From the NCBI GenBank assembly GCA_021773435.1, contig JAJFKC010000026.1:40108-104107 (forward strand): a stretch of DNA of 64,000 nt, in the 5' to 3' direction. The position numbers and the translations under genes are program-made. Within the stretch, counting starts at the first letter, position 1. Every line of letters starts with the position of its first letter. Of this stretch, positions 7,975-16,881 are shown piece after piece. The notes under the pieces were generated by a model that was not told the origin of the DNA, did not search any database, and was given only the letters and a program-made list of their open reading frames with translations. The stretch comes from Porticoccaceae bacterium (GTDB lineage Bacteria > Pseudomonadota > Gammaproteobacteria > Pseudomonadales > Porticoccaceae).

Positions 7975-8874
7975 ATGACAGAGTTGGAATTAATTGACAA
8001 AGCAGTAAGCGCAAGTTCACCTGGAGGAGCGAAATCACCCATCATCTTCGATCTCAATGCCAAGAATGGAAAAATAAACTGGAACGCGGATGGCTCGTAT
8101 CCCTACAGCTCCAAAATGGATGTGCTTGAATATGAGCAACACAAACATGAACTACAGATTGAACTGTTAAAAATGCAAAATTGGGTGAAGGAAACCAGTC
8201 AACGCATAGTTATTCTTTTTGAGGGCCGTGATGCAGCGGGTAAAGGGGGCACCATTAAGCGCTTCACGGAACATCTTAACCCTCGAGGAGCCAGGGTTGT
8301 CGCGCTTGAGAAGCCTAATGCCCGTGAGCGCAACCAGTGGTATTTTCAACGTTATATCCAACACCTACCTAGCAAAGGTGAAATAGTGCTATTTGACCGC
8401 TCCTGGTACAACCGGGCCGGGGTAGATAAGGTGATGAATTTCTGTACCGATCATGAGCATCTCGAATTCCTGCGGCAAGCTCCACAACTGGAAAGAATGC
8501 TAGTTAATAGCGGGATTATCCTCTTTAAATACTGGTTTTCGGTGAGTCGAGAGGAGCAATTTCGACGTTTCAAGTCACGACAGAACGATCCGCTCAAACA
8601 GTGGAAATTAAGTCCGGTAGATTTGGCTTCACTGGAACGCTGGGATGACTACACCGGTGCCAAACAAAGCATGTTTTTCCACACTGATACCCGGGACGCG
8701 CCGTGGACGGTTATTCGCTCGGATGATAAGAAAAGGGGGCGCATCAACTGTATCCGTCATTTCTTATCATCATTGGATTATCCTAATAAGGACGAAGCTA
8801 TTGTTGGCCAGGCAGACCCTTTAATCGCTGGCCCGATAGATCGTATTCATGAACGCGATGAAGTCGTGATGTAA
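7975..8874 (+). CDS. ppk2: Polyphosphate kinase 2 (PPK2 family)
   Basis: Walker A-like FEGRDAAGKGGTIKR, then SWYNRAG and a lid region, all characteristic of PPK2. Confidence 0.9.
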   Translation: MTELELIDKAVSASSPGGAKSPIIFDLNAKNGKINWNADGSYPYSSKMDVLEYEQHKHELQIELLKMQNWVKETSQRIVILFEGRDAAGKGGTIKRFTEHLNPRGARVVALEKPNARERNQWYFQRYIQHLPSKGEIVLFDRSWYNRAGVDKVMNFCTDHEHLEFLRQAPQLERMLVNSGIILFKYWFSVSREEQFRRFKSRQNDPLKQWKLSPVDLASLERWDDYTGAKQSMFFHTDTRDAPWTVIRSDDKKRGRINCIRHFLSSLDYPNKDEAIVGQADPLIAGPIDRIHERDEVVM

Positions 8875-8901
8875 CACCTGGCTCAATATAGGAAACAAGC
8901 A

Positions 8902-9231
8902 ATGCAATCCAAAAAAAATATGAAGCGCCTTGAAAAATTACTGGAAAAATCCAAAGAACGCCTGGAACATGCTATTGATCAGGCTGGGAAAGCAGCAAAA
9001 CGTGCTGAAAAAGCCCAGGAGGCAGCCAACACTGCGCGCGAGCAACTCAAACAAGTTGAGAAATTAATCAAGAAACAGCAGGCAAACAAGGCCGTCAGGA
9101 AACAGGCCGCTAAAAAAGCTGCGATTAAGAAGGCTAAAAAAGCCTCCGCAAAAAAGAACGGAAATAACAAATCCAATAAAAATGGGAGGAATAAAAAAGC
9201 GCGTGCCAAGATACCTAATAGAGCTGCCTGA
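8902..9231 (+). CDS. Lys/Ala-rich, predicted coiled-coil basic protein (histone H1/AlgP-like composition)
   Basis: 109 aa, strongly basic and low-complexity (…KKAAIKKAKKASAKKNGNNKSNKNGRNKKARAK…). Starts 27 nt after the ppk2 stop, preceded by AGGAAA. No family motif, so the call rests on composition only. Confidence 0.6.
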   Translation: MQSKKNMKRLEKLLEKSKERLEHAIDQAGKAAKRAEKAQEAANTAREQLKQVEKLIKKQQANKAVRKQAAKKAAIKKAKKASAKKNGNNKSNKNGRNKKARAKIPNRAA

Positions 9232-9280
9232 ATATTATCAGAGGGATCACGGACTGCGGGGTAAGCAAACTCTAAACCAT

Positions 9281-9300
9281 GAGGGTCCGGTCTAGATTCC
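9281..9300 (+). repeat. Copy of the GGGTCnGGTCTAGA-core intergenic repeat
   Basis: GAGGGTCCGGTCTAGATTCC, lying between the basic-protein gene and the GST gene. Confidence 0.5.
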
Positions 9301-9327
9301 GCTGGCTCTTGACCCCACTAATCTCTA

Positions 9328-9981
9328 TCACCTGGTCACGCCACCACCAAATAATGTTTTCAAGTATGGCTCCATATCTGCTAAAACCGGCGCAACATAC
9401 GGGTCGCTTCTCGTCTTATCAAAATATCCCGCAATTGTGCTGTGGCTGGCAATGGGATCATCAAGCCCAAGCATGGGACAAATAATGGTCGCCTGGAGGA
9501 AGGGTGGCATTAGCGCGCAATCGGCAAGACTCAGGGTTTCACCAACGGCATATTGTTTATCATCCAGGTAAACAGCGATAAGATTCAAAGCGCCTTTTAC
9601 GTCATCCATGGCGCTTATAATTTCATCCATATCAAACTCTTCCTGGGCCAGGATGGCGTGATATATTTTCAGTATATGTGGGTCGTAGTACAACTCAAAG
9701 AGACGGATTAACAAGCGCATTCTGGCGCAATCCTCTGGCTCTTCAGGTCTTAGTGACGGCCTCTTGCCCAAGTCTTCAAGATATTCGCAGATAACCTGGG
9801 ACTCAATGAGATGCTTGCCATCCACCTCGAGAACAGGTACTAAATTAAGCGGGCTGATCGCAGCAAAACTATCGGGCAAAGGGAAGGGGAGAAATTCAAC
9901 GGGGATGTCGAGACCTTTGGCAGAAAGCTGTATTAAGCATCGCGAACCGTAACGTGAACCACACATCGTATATAGCTTCAT
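9328..9981 (-). CDS. Glutathione S-transferase family protein
   Basis: A thioredoxin-like N-domain (VPVLEVDGKHLIESQVICEYL) plus a helical C-domain. Confidence 0.8.
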   Translation of the reverse strand: MKLYTMCGSRYGSRCLIQLSAKGLDIPVEFLPFPLPDSFAAISPLNLVPVLEVDGKHLIESQVICEYLEDLGKRPSLRPEEPEDCARMRLLIRLFELYYDPHILKIYHAILAQEEFDMDEIISAMDDVKGALNLIAVYLDDKQYAVGETLSLADCALMPPFLQATIICPMLGLDDPIASHSTIAGYFDKTRSDPYVAPVLADMEPYLKTLFGGGVTR

Positions 9982-10265
9982 CGCGCTCGTTCCAAATTAA
10001 TCAAGTTTTTATTTTCAGTAAATATATTTTAGTAACTTATTATATGGACTCAATCACGCAGGCCACATTACTCCACAGCCTCGCATTTTGCATGAAAAGC
10101 AAGAACCCACATTTCCCTCAACTTTTATTTAGGAATGCCACCTGATGAGCAGTCAGCGCAATTGCTAGCAAACGATATTATCTATTTAGCACTGACTGGT
10201 ACGCACAAGATTCCATTTCTCTATTTCTACCGGTCAGTGTAAAGGTTCACCAGCCCGACACGATC

Positions 10266-11504
10266 CTAACTCGCTGCCGCTTCCCCGTCTGGTACCTCTT
10301 CATCTAGCAAGATGCCTTCCGCCGTTAAAGCCGCCACCTGGGCTTCGTTATAACCTAAATACTCGCTGAGCACTTTCAAGTTGTGCTCACCCCGGTAGGG
10401 CGCTTCCAGGTCGTTTTCTGCGGGAAAGCTGCCAAAGCGCAGGGGCATACCGGGCATTTTGAAGGTGCCAGCACCGCGCTGGGTGACAGTCCGCACGGTG
10501 CCCCGCTCGACCAGGTGTGGATGATCCATAGCTTCGGGCAGGGACAAGACTGGCGCTATCGGGATGCGGGCTTTTTCGAGTTTGGCTATGGTGCCTTTAT
10601 CGCTGGGCTGGCTTTGTAACCAGGCTTCGATAATGGGTATTAGTTCGTGACGATGCCGAATACGGTTGTTCGGGTCTTCAAAACGGGGATCAGTGCGTAA
10701 CTCGGGCATTTCCATCACATCACACAAACGCTGCCACTGGGGATGGGTGGCGATAATCATGATGTGGCTGTCTTTGCCCTGGAACACGCCCATGGGACAA
10801 CCCAACCGTTGATGGGAACCATTACGCCGAGGCGCCAGCTTGCCGTCACTGGCACTGTACATACCCACGTACATTTCATGGCAGTGAAAATAACTGTCCA
10901 GCAAGGTGACATCAATATATTCGCCCTCGCCACCCATGGCACGGTGAAACAAAGCGCCATTAATCGCCGCCAGCGCGTGAGCGCCAGTCATGGTATCGCC
11001 GATGGCCGCTGCCGGTATGCTTGGCGGCTTATCCGCTTCGCCAATCAAACTGGTGATACCGGAATAGGCCTGGCCGATGTAGTCAAAGCCTGGCAAATCC
11101 GCCAGCGGGCCGGTCTGGCCGAAGGTCGAAATGGAACACATGACGCACTGGGGGTTAAGTTCGTGCACGACTTCCCAGCTACAACCCAGCCGACCAATAA
11201 CACCGGGGGCAAAGTTTTCGATAAGCACGTCGACCTTTTTAATCAATTCGTAGAGGATTTCCTTGCCCTTCTCGGTTTTTACATCGATACAGAGACTGTC
11301 CTTACCGCGATTCTGCTGGAGAAAATACAGCCCGCGACCACCTTTCTGGTAACCGACGTAACGTATTTGATCACCAAAGGGCGCTAACTCTACCTTAATA
11401 ATTTCTGCGCCCATTTCTGCCATCATGCGGGTGCAGGATGGCCCCGCCACATGCTGAGTAAAATCCAGCACTTTGACACCTGCTAATATGTGTTTTCTGG
11501 TCAT
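10266..11504 (-). CDS. Family III CoA-transferase (CaiB/BaiF type)
   Basis: GVKVLDFTQHVAGPSCTRMMAEMGAEIIKVE...ENFAPG is the canonical N-terminus. 412 aa. Confidence 0.9.
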   Translation of the reverse strand: MTRKHILAGVKVLDFTQHVAGPSCTRMMAEMGAEIIKVELAPFGDQIRYVGYQKGGRGLYFLQQNRGKDSLCIDVKTEKGKEILYELIKKVDVLIENFAPGVIGRLGCSWEVVHELNPQCVMCSISTFGQTGPLADLPGFDYIGQAYSGITSLIGEADKPPSIPAAAIGDTMTGAHALAAINGALFHRAMGGEGEYIDVTLLDSYFHCHEMYVGMYSASDGKLAPRRNGSHQRLGCPMGVFQGKDSHIMIIATHPQWQRLCDVMEMPELRTDPRFEDPNNRIRHRHELIPIIEAWLQSQPSDKGTIAKLEKARIPIAPVLSLPEAMDHPHLVERGTVRTVTQRGAGTFKMPGMPLRFGSFPAENDLEAPYRGEHNLKVLSEYLGYNEAQVAALTAEGILLDEEVPDGEAAAS

Positions 11505-11587
11505 GGTGTTCTCCGTATGTGTAAAAGTTGAATATTTAGAACTAGAGCATTAAAAGTAGATTAGTTGTAAATGAAGAACTATCAACT

Positions 11588-12850
11588 TCACTGAAGCCAA
11601 TTATCAAAGGGCAAAATCTCGACTGCCTCGCCTACCTGCAAGGGGCTTTCTCCGGCAGTGAGAAGGATAAAACAGTTGCAACGGCTCATCGGGCCGAGGG
11701 CACCGGAGCTTTGCTGGCTATCAGGGCTTACCTCAAAACCACCCTGGCCGTCGGCTTTGTATACGCCTCTTTGAAAATCCAGTCGTTGACGATTACGCCT
11801 AATTTCCTGGGTACTGCGCGCCGTTAGTTTTAAGGGCTGTTCGGGCTGGGCCCCCTGCATTGCCTGTAAGGTCGGCAAAACAAGTTGATGAAAAGTCACC
11901 AGAGCTGAAACAGGATTGCCCGGCAAACCAAAAAACATGCTGTTGCGGAGCTGACCAAACATAAAAGGCTTGCCGGGTTTGATCGCCACCTTCCAGAAAT
12001 CCACCTGACCTAGCTCACCCAGCAACTGCTGAGCGTAGTCGGCTTCGCCCACCGATGCACCACCACAGGTCAGTACCGCGTCCGCCTGTTCGTCCGCCAA
12101 TTGATAGGCTTCACGTAGTTGTTCGAGGTCATCGGGAATAACACCCAGGTCGATGACCTGGCAGCCCAGTCGAGTCAGCATGGCCTTGAGAAAATAGCGG
12201 TTGCTGTCATAAATATCACCTGGGCCGAGTGCTTGCCCAGGTGCTCGTAATTCATCGCCGCTGGCAAACAGCGCGACTTTAATGGGAGCGACCACGGCAA
12301 CCTCGGCCAGACCCAGGGTCGCCAGCAGGCCGATATCAACCGGGCCAAGCCGGTGTCCCGCAGTCAGTAGTATTTCTCCGAGGCAGATATCCTCACCGGC
12401 CTGGCGAACGTTTTCACCGGTTTTCGGGATACGGCTCAGGACAATCTGATCGCCCTCCCGGGAAACATTTTCCTGCATGACGACCGTATCCGCCCCCTCA
12501 GAGAGTGAGGCCCCGGTCATAATGCGAATCGCCTGCCCTGCCTCGACCGATCCGTCGAAGGGCTCACCTGCCATGGCCTTACCGACCACCTGCAAACGGG
12601 TGTATTCAATGGCATCCCGCCCACGCAATGCGTAACCGTCCATGGCTGAGTTATCAGCCGGTGGCGAGTTCAAAGGGGAGACTATATCTTCGGCAAGAAT
12701 CCGGCCCGGCAAATCGTCCAGCGGAACTGTTTCCTTTGTCGGCTCGCTTGCAGGCTCGTTTGCCGACAATGGTCTCACCGCCCCGAGCATACGCTGCCGG
12801 GCATCAGCCAGGGACAATAAGGTCTTTTGCCTGGTATCGTTACTGCTCAC
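11588..12850 (-). CDS. moeA: Molybdopterin molybdotransferase
   Basis: MoeA-type sequence throughout: SPLNSPPADNSAMDGYA, GDIYDSNR, LPGNPVSA. Confidence 0.9.
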   Translation of the reverse strand: MSSNDTRQKTLLSLADARQRMLGAVRPLSANEPASEPTKETVPLDDLPGRILAEDIVSPLNSPPADNSAMDGYALRGRDAIEYTRLQVVGKAMAGEPFDGSVEAGQAIRIMTGASLSEGADTVVMQENVSREGDQIVLSRIPKTGENVRQAGEDICLGEILLTAGHRLGPVDIGLLATLGLAEVAVVAPIKVALFASGDELRAPGQALGPGDIYDSNRYFLKAMLTRLGCQVIDLGVIPDDLEQLREAYQLADEQADAVLTCGGASVGEADYAQQLLGELGQVDFWKVAIKPGKPFMFGQLRNSMFFGLPGNPVSALVTFHQLVLPTLQAMQGAQPEQPLKLTARSTQEIRRNRQRLDFQRGVYKADGQGGFEVSPDSQQSSGALGPMSRCNCFILLTAGESPLQVGEAVEILPFDNWLQ

Positions 12851-13150
12851 TTAAACTCCTGCTTAGTTGAATGTCTATATCACCTTTATTCTAAGTGCCT
12901 ATGATAGTCGAAAGGGGTAGTCGAAATGACTGTGGTCGAAAGAAGGGTAGTTTAAATTGAGGTATGAATTTATCCTGCCCTGGTCTAATTCAATAATTCC
13001 CTGTGCTATGATTTTTTATCGCTGGGGCCTACAGTCAATTGATAGCTAGTTAAAAAATAGCAGCCGTTAACAGTGCCTTCAACGGTATGAGCCCTTAATA
13101 CCGACTAGACAAATCTCAACTCGCCAAATAAAAATCGCCGGAGCAAGCCC

Positions 13151-13789
13151 ATGAAACTTTACGATTTCCCCAGCGCACCCAATCCCCGTCGCGTAAATAT
13201 CTTTCTCGCCGAAAAAGGCATTGAAGTAGAACGCGTTACTGTCGACCTGATGAAACAGGAACAGCTACAACCCGAATACCTGGCTAAAAATCCGGCCTGC
13301 GATGTGCCCATGCTAGAGCTGGATGACGGCACCTGCATCAGCCAGATTCGTGGCATTACCCACTACTTTGAAGCCGCCTACCCAGAAACTCCGCCGCTCT
13401 TAGGTCGCAGCCCTGCGGAAAAAGGTCTGGTGGAAATGTGGGAGCATCTGGCGTTTATGGATGGTCTGCTGGCAGTGGCAGAAGTGTTTCGCAACACCGC
13501 TAGAGGCTTTGTCGACCGCGCGGTGGTCGGGCAACATAACTACCCTCAATCCTCTGAACTGGCCGAGCGCGGTGCATTGCGCCTGGCCAATTTCTTTAAA
13601 GATTTTGACCGTCGGCTAGCCGATAATCAATACGTTGCGGGTGATGCGTTCTCCCTGGCTGACATTACCACCCTGGTGAGTTGCGACTTTGCCAAATGGA
13701 TCAAAACCGGAATCCCCGAAGATTGTAGTCACCTGCGCGCCTGGTACGCGAAGATATCGGAACGGCCTGCGATTGTCGCCAATCCGTGA
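13151..13789 (+). CDS. Glutathione S-transferase family protein
   Basis: MKLYDFPSAPNPRRVNIFLAEKGI...VPMLELDDGTCISQIRGI..., then a C-terminal helical domain. Confidence 0.85.
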   Translation: MKLYDFPSAPNPRRVNIFLAEKGIEVERVTVDLMKQEQLQPEYLAKNPACDVPMLELDDGTCISQIRGITHYFEAAYPETPPLLGRSPAEKGLVEMWEHLAFMDGLLAVAEVFRNTARGFVDRAVVGQHNYPQSSELAERGALRLANFFKDFDRRLADNQYVAGDAFSLADITTLVSCDFAKWIKTGIPEDCSHLRAWYAKISERPAIVANP

Positions 13790-14033
13790 TCCTCTAATCC
13801 GTGATCTCAGCGCTAATATTCCACCACACAATACCCTGTGGTACATTACGCGCCTTGAGTTCAAACGGCCCACTGAAGTAGAAATTGAGCCTGCTGAAAA
13901 TTAGCCATCGAGCTTAGTAAAGACTGATCGGCACATATACGAAGAAACCTGTTAGTGGCTTTTCCTAACGGGTTTTCTGTTGGCGCTAACTTCCATTATT
14001 TTTATAAACGAATTTGACTTTAGGGAAACAACT

Positions 14034-14513
14034 ATGACCTTAGACGCTAGAGAGTTTCGCGATGCCATGGGCTGCTTTGCCACCGGTATTACAGTTGTCA
14101 CGGCAAAAAGTAACGACGGTGAGAAAGTCGGCTGTACAGCCAATAGCTTTTCATCGGTATCCCTTGACCCGCCGCTGGTGCTCTGGGCCGTCGCCAAAAA
14201 CGCCAACAGCTACGACGCCTTTATGGAAGCTAAGCATTTTGCCATCCACGTACTCCATGCCGGCCAGGAAAATGTCTCACGTCTGTTTGCCACTAAAGAT
14301 GTCGATAAGTTTAACGAAATCGGCTGGACTGAAAGCCAGGACGGCACTCCACTCCTGGACGATTACAGTGTTCGTTTAGAGTGCACCACAGAACATATCT
14401 ATGAGGGTGGCGATCACGTCATTATTGTTGGCCGCGTTTTTGAAATGGATAACCCCGATGTTGAACCGCTGGGTTTTTATCAGGGCAAATACGCCAAAAT
14501 AGTCACCGAATAA
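14034..14513 (+). CDS. Flavin reductase (HpaC/NtaB-like, FMN-binding split barrel)
   Basis: FRDAMGCFATGITVVTA...GCTANSFSSVSLDPPLVLW. The ATG at 14034 is preferred over the track start at 13980. Confidence 0.85.
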   Translation: MTLDAREFRDAMGCFATGITVVTAKSNDGEKVGCTANSFSSVSLDPPLVLWAVAKNANSYDAFMEAKHFAIHVLHAGQENVSRLFATKDVDKFNEIGWTESQDGTPLLDDYSVRLECTTEHIYEGGDHVIIVGRVFEMDNPDVEPLGFYQGKYAKIVTE

Positions 14514-14606
14514 ACTTCAAATAATTAGCGAATAAAGAGAGCGTCAGCGAAACCAGCAACGACCTAGACAAATTAACGTACAGGCAATCTGTTCGGGGAA
14601 ACCAGC

Positions 14607-15602
14607 ATGAGCGAGTCATTTTCAGCATTGGTCATCAACAAAGATGATAACGGCGTCAGCGCTTCTGTCGAACAGCTCCAGCTAAGCGACTTGCCCGACG
14701 AAGAAGTCCTGGTTGATGTCGCCTACTCCACGGTTAACTACAAAGACGGTTTGGCTATTACCGGATCAATGCCCATTATCCGCAATTATCCCATGGTTGG
14801 CGGTATCGACCTGGCGGGAACAGTTATCGAATCACGCAACCCGGAATTTAAAGCCGGTGATCGGGTACTCGTCAATGGTTACGGGCTAAGCGAACAGTAC
14901 TGGGGTGGCTACAGCCAGAAACAGCGCCTCAAAGCCGAATGGCTGGTACGTATTCCCGATGCGTTTTCCCTCGAAGAAGTCACCGCCATAGGTACTGCCG
15001 GTTACACCTCTATGCTCTGCGTGATGGCCATTCAGGATTGGGGCATTAAGCCCCAAGACGGGCCTGTGCTGGTCACTGGCGCTGCCGGTGGCGTCGGTTC
15101 AGTCGCTGTCATGCTGCTGGCCAAACTGGGTTATCAGGTGACCGCTTCGACAGGACGTGTCGATGAAGCTCGGGGATTTCTGGAAAAACTCGGCGCTTCT
15201 GAAATTATCGCCCGAGCAGAGCTGGCCCGTGATCCCAAACCCATGGAAGGCGAAACCTGGGCGGCGGTGGTTGACACCGTTGGCGCCAACACGCTGGCTA
15301 CAGCCATTGCTCAAACCAAATACGAAGGCATTGTTACTGCCTGCGGTCTGGCCGGTGGTGTTGATCTACCCAGCAACGTCATGCCCTTTATTTTGCGCGG
15401 CGTCACCTTACGCGGTATAGATTCTGTAATGGCGCCCCTGCCACGCCGACAACGGGCCTGGGATGCTCTCGCCGAGCTGGTCGATCACAAATTGCTCGCT
15501 GAAATTTACACTGTCGAACCTCTGGCCAACGTCCCTCAATTAGCGACCGATATTCTAGCCGGGAAAATAAAAGGCCGAGTGGTGATTGATAACAATGCCT
15601 AG
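14607..15602 (+). CDS. YhdH/AcuI-type NADPH-dependent oxidoreductase (MDR superfamily, acrylyl-CoA reductase-like)
   Basis: VAYSTVNYKDGLAITG...VLVTGAAGGVGSVAV...GKIKGRVVI. Confidence 0.85.
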   Translation: MSESFSALVINKDDNGVSASVEQLQLSDLPDEEVLVDVAYSTVNYKDGLAITGSMPIIRNYPMVGGIDLAGTVIESRNPEFKAGDRVLVNGYGLSEQYWGGYSQKQRLKAEWLVRIPDAFSLEEVTAIGTAGYTSMLCVMAIQDWGIKPQDGPVLVTGAAGGVGSVAVMLLAKLGYQVTASTGRVDEARGFLEKLGASEIIARAELARDPKPMEGETWAAVVDTVGANTLATAIAQTKYEGIVTACGLAGGVDLPSNVMPFILRGVTLRGIDSVMAPLPRRQRAWDALAELVDHKLLAEIYTVEPLANVPQLATDILAGKIKGRVVIDNNA

Positions 15603-15714
15603 CAGGCTGGAGACAAGCCAATTGAGTGGCCGCTGTCGCATTCATCCATCGACGCAACTCTTCTAAAAAAAGTTAACGCTCGTATTCTTAGAAGGCTCTA
15701 TTAGGAATACCACC

Positions 15715-16836
15715 ATGAAGTTTAATCTCTTTGTTTATTGTACCGTCGGCCGTCGGGAAGAACTCGAAGCTGGCATGGCTGGCAAAGATGCCGACCGCTA
15801 TCGCCGGATGCTAGGCGAGCTAGGTGAAACAGCCCAACTGGCCGATGAGGTCGGCTATTTTGGTTTCGGCCATCCCGAACACCATCTTCAAATTGAAGGT
15901 ATGGAGGCCTCCAACGACCCCTGCCTGATGTCCATGTGGCTGGGCCAAAACAGTAAAAACCTGCGCATTATTCCTTGCGGCTTTGTCTCCACGACTAATA
16001 ATCCGCTGGTGACTGCCGAGAAAATCGCCACCCTTGATTGCATGTTGGATGGCCGTCTCGGCGTCGGTATGGTGCGCGGCTATCAAGCCCGATGGCTCGA
16101 TAACTTTCGCATCCAACCGCAATTGAAAGCGGTCGGCCCGTGGAATGCCAAGAGCCAGGTCGATGAAGATAACCGCGAATATTTCGCTGAGTTCGTCGAT
16201 ATTGTGACCCGCGCACTGCGAGAAGACACCTTCTCCCATCACGGCAAATACTGGGATTTCCCGTCGGTGGGTTTTCACAATCCACACGACCATCCGGTTT
16301 ATACCGACTATGGTCAGGGTGTATCGGCAGATATGAAAGTCGATGAGATCGGTATTGCGCCACGGCCCTTCCAGAAAGAAATCCCCCTCTACGGCGGCTT
16401 TTCCCACAGCTTGCGCTCGGCAAAATTCTGGGCCCAGCATAAAGGTCGACCTATCGTGCTCGCTGACAATATCGACTTTCTCAAGCTGCTATGGGCCGAA
16501 TGGGGTGATGAAGCAGATCGTTTAGGCATCGCCTACCAACCCGGCGAACAGGCCTGCTGGGGTGGCATTATGGTCTGTGCTAAAACCGATGCGCTGGCCC
16601 AGGAATGGTATGGCAAGATGGCCTGGCTCTGGGACACCTGGATGAAACCCTTTGGTCAGGGCGTACCCGAATTACTAGTCGGCTCGCCCGATACGCTCAA
16701 ACGTCGCATTGAAGCAGTCGGCAAAGAGATTCCCCTGGACGAGGTTTTCCTGCTCCAGCCCCAGGGCGTGCTGGAGCCGTCCAAGCTCAATGCTTCTATC
16801 GAGTTGTTTGCCAAAGAAGTTATGCCCGCGTTTTAA
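15715..16836 (+). CDS. LLM class flavin-dependent oxidoreductase
   Basis: 373 aa with a luciferase-like pattern (GYFGFGHPEHH..., LGVGMVRGY). Confidence 0.75.
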   Translation: MKFNLFVYCTVGRREELEAGMAGKDADRYRRMLGELGETAQLADEVGYFGFGHPEHHLQIEGMEASNDPCLMSMWLGQNSKNLRIIPCGFVSTTNNPLVTAEKIATLDCMLDGRLGVGMVRGYQARWLDNFRIQPQLKAVGPWNAKSQVDEDNREYFAEFVDIVTRALREDTFSHHGKYWDFPSVGFHNPHDHPVYTDYGQGVSADMKVDEIGIAPRPFQKEIPLYGGFSHSLRSAKFWAQHKGRPIVLADNIDFLKLLWAEWGDEADRLGIAYQPGEQACWGGIMVCAKTDALAQEWYGKMAWLWDTWMKPFGQGVPELLVGSPDTLKRRIEAVGKEIPLDEVFLLQPQGVLEPSKLNASIELFAKEVMPAF

Positions 16837-16881
16837 ACCGATGTGATTTATACGGGCATAGTTTTCCTCTTCACGGAAGAC

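Noticed and set aside
2500-9330. Chromosomal integron cassette array, with the TCTAGA-core repeats as attC sites
   Set aside because: No intI integrase or attI is present. The region contains a four-gene operon rather than single promoterless cassettes, and gene orientations are mixed. The repeats lack the R''/L''-L'/R' (RYYYAAC…GTTRRRY) organisation.
12851-13010. Possible Moco (molybdenum cofactor) riboswitch in the moeA leader
   Set aside because: I read the reverse-strand leader and could not find the conserved Moco-motif elements, meaning the GC-rich paired core with its conserved CCUCCGAG-like segment. The region is AT-rich with simple direct repeats. A covariance-model scan would be decisive.
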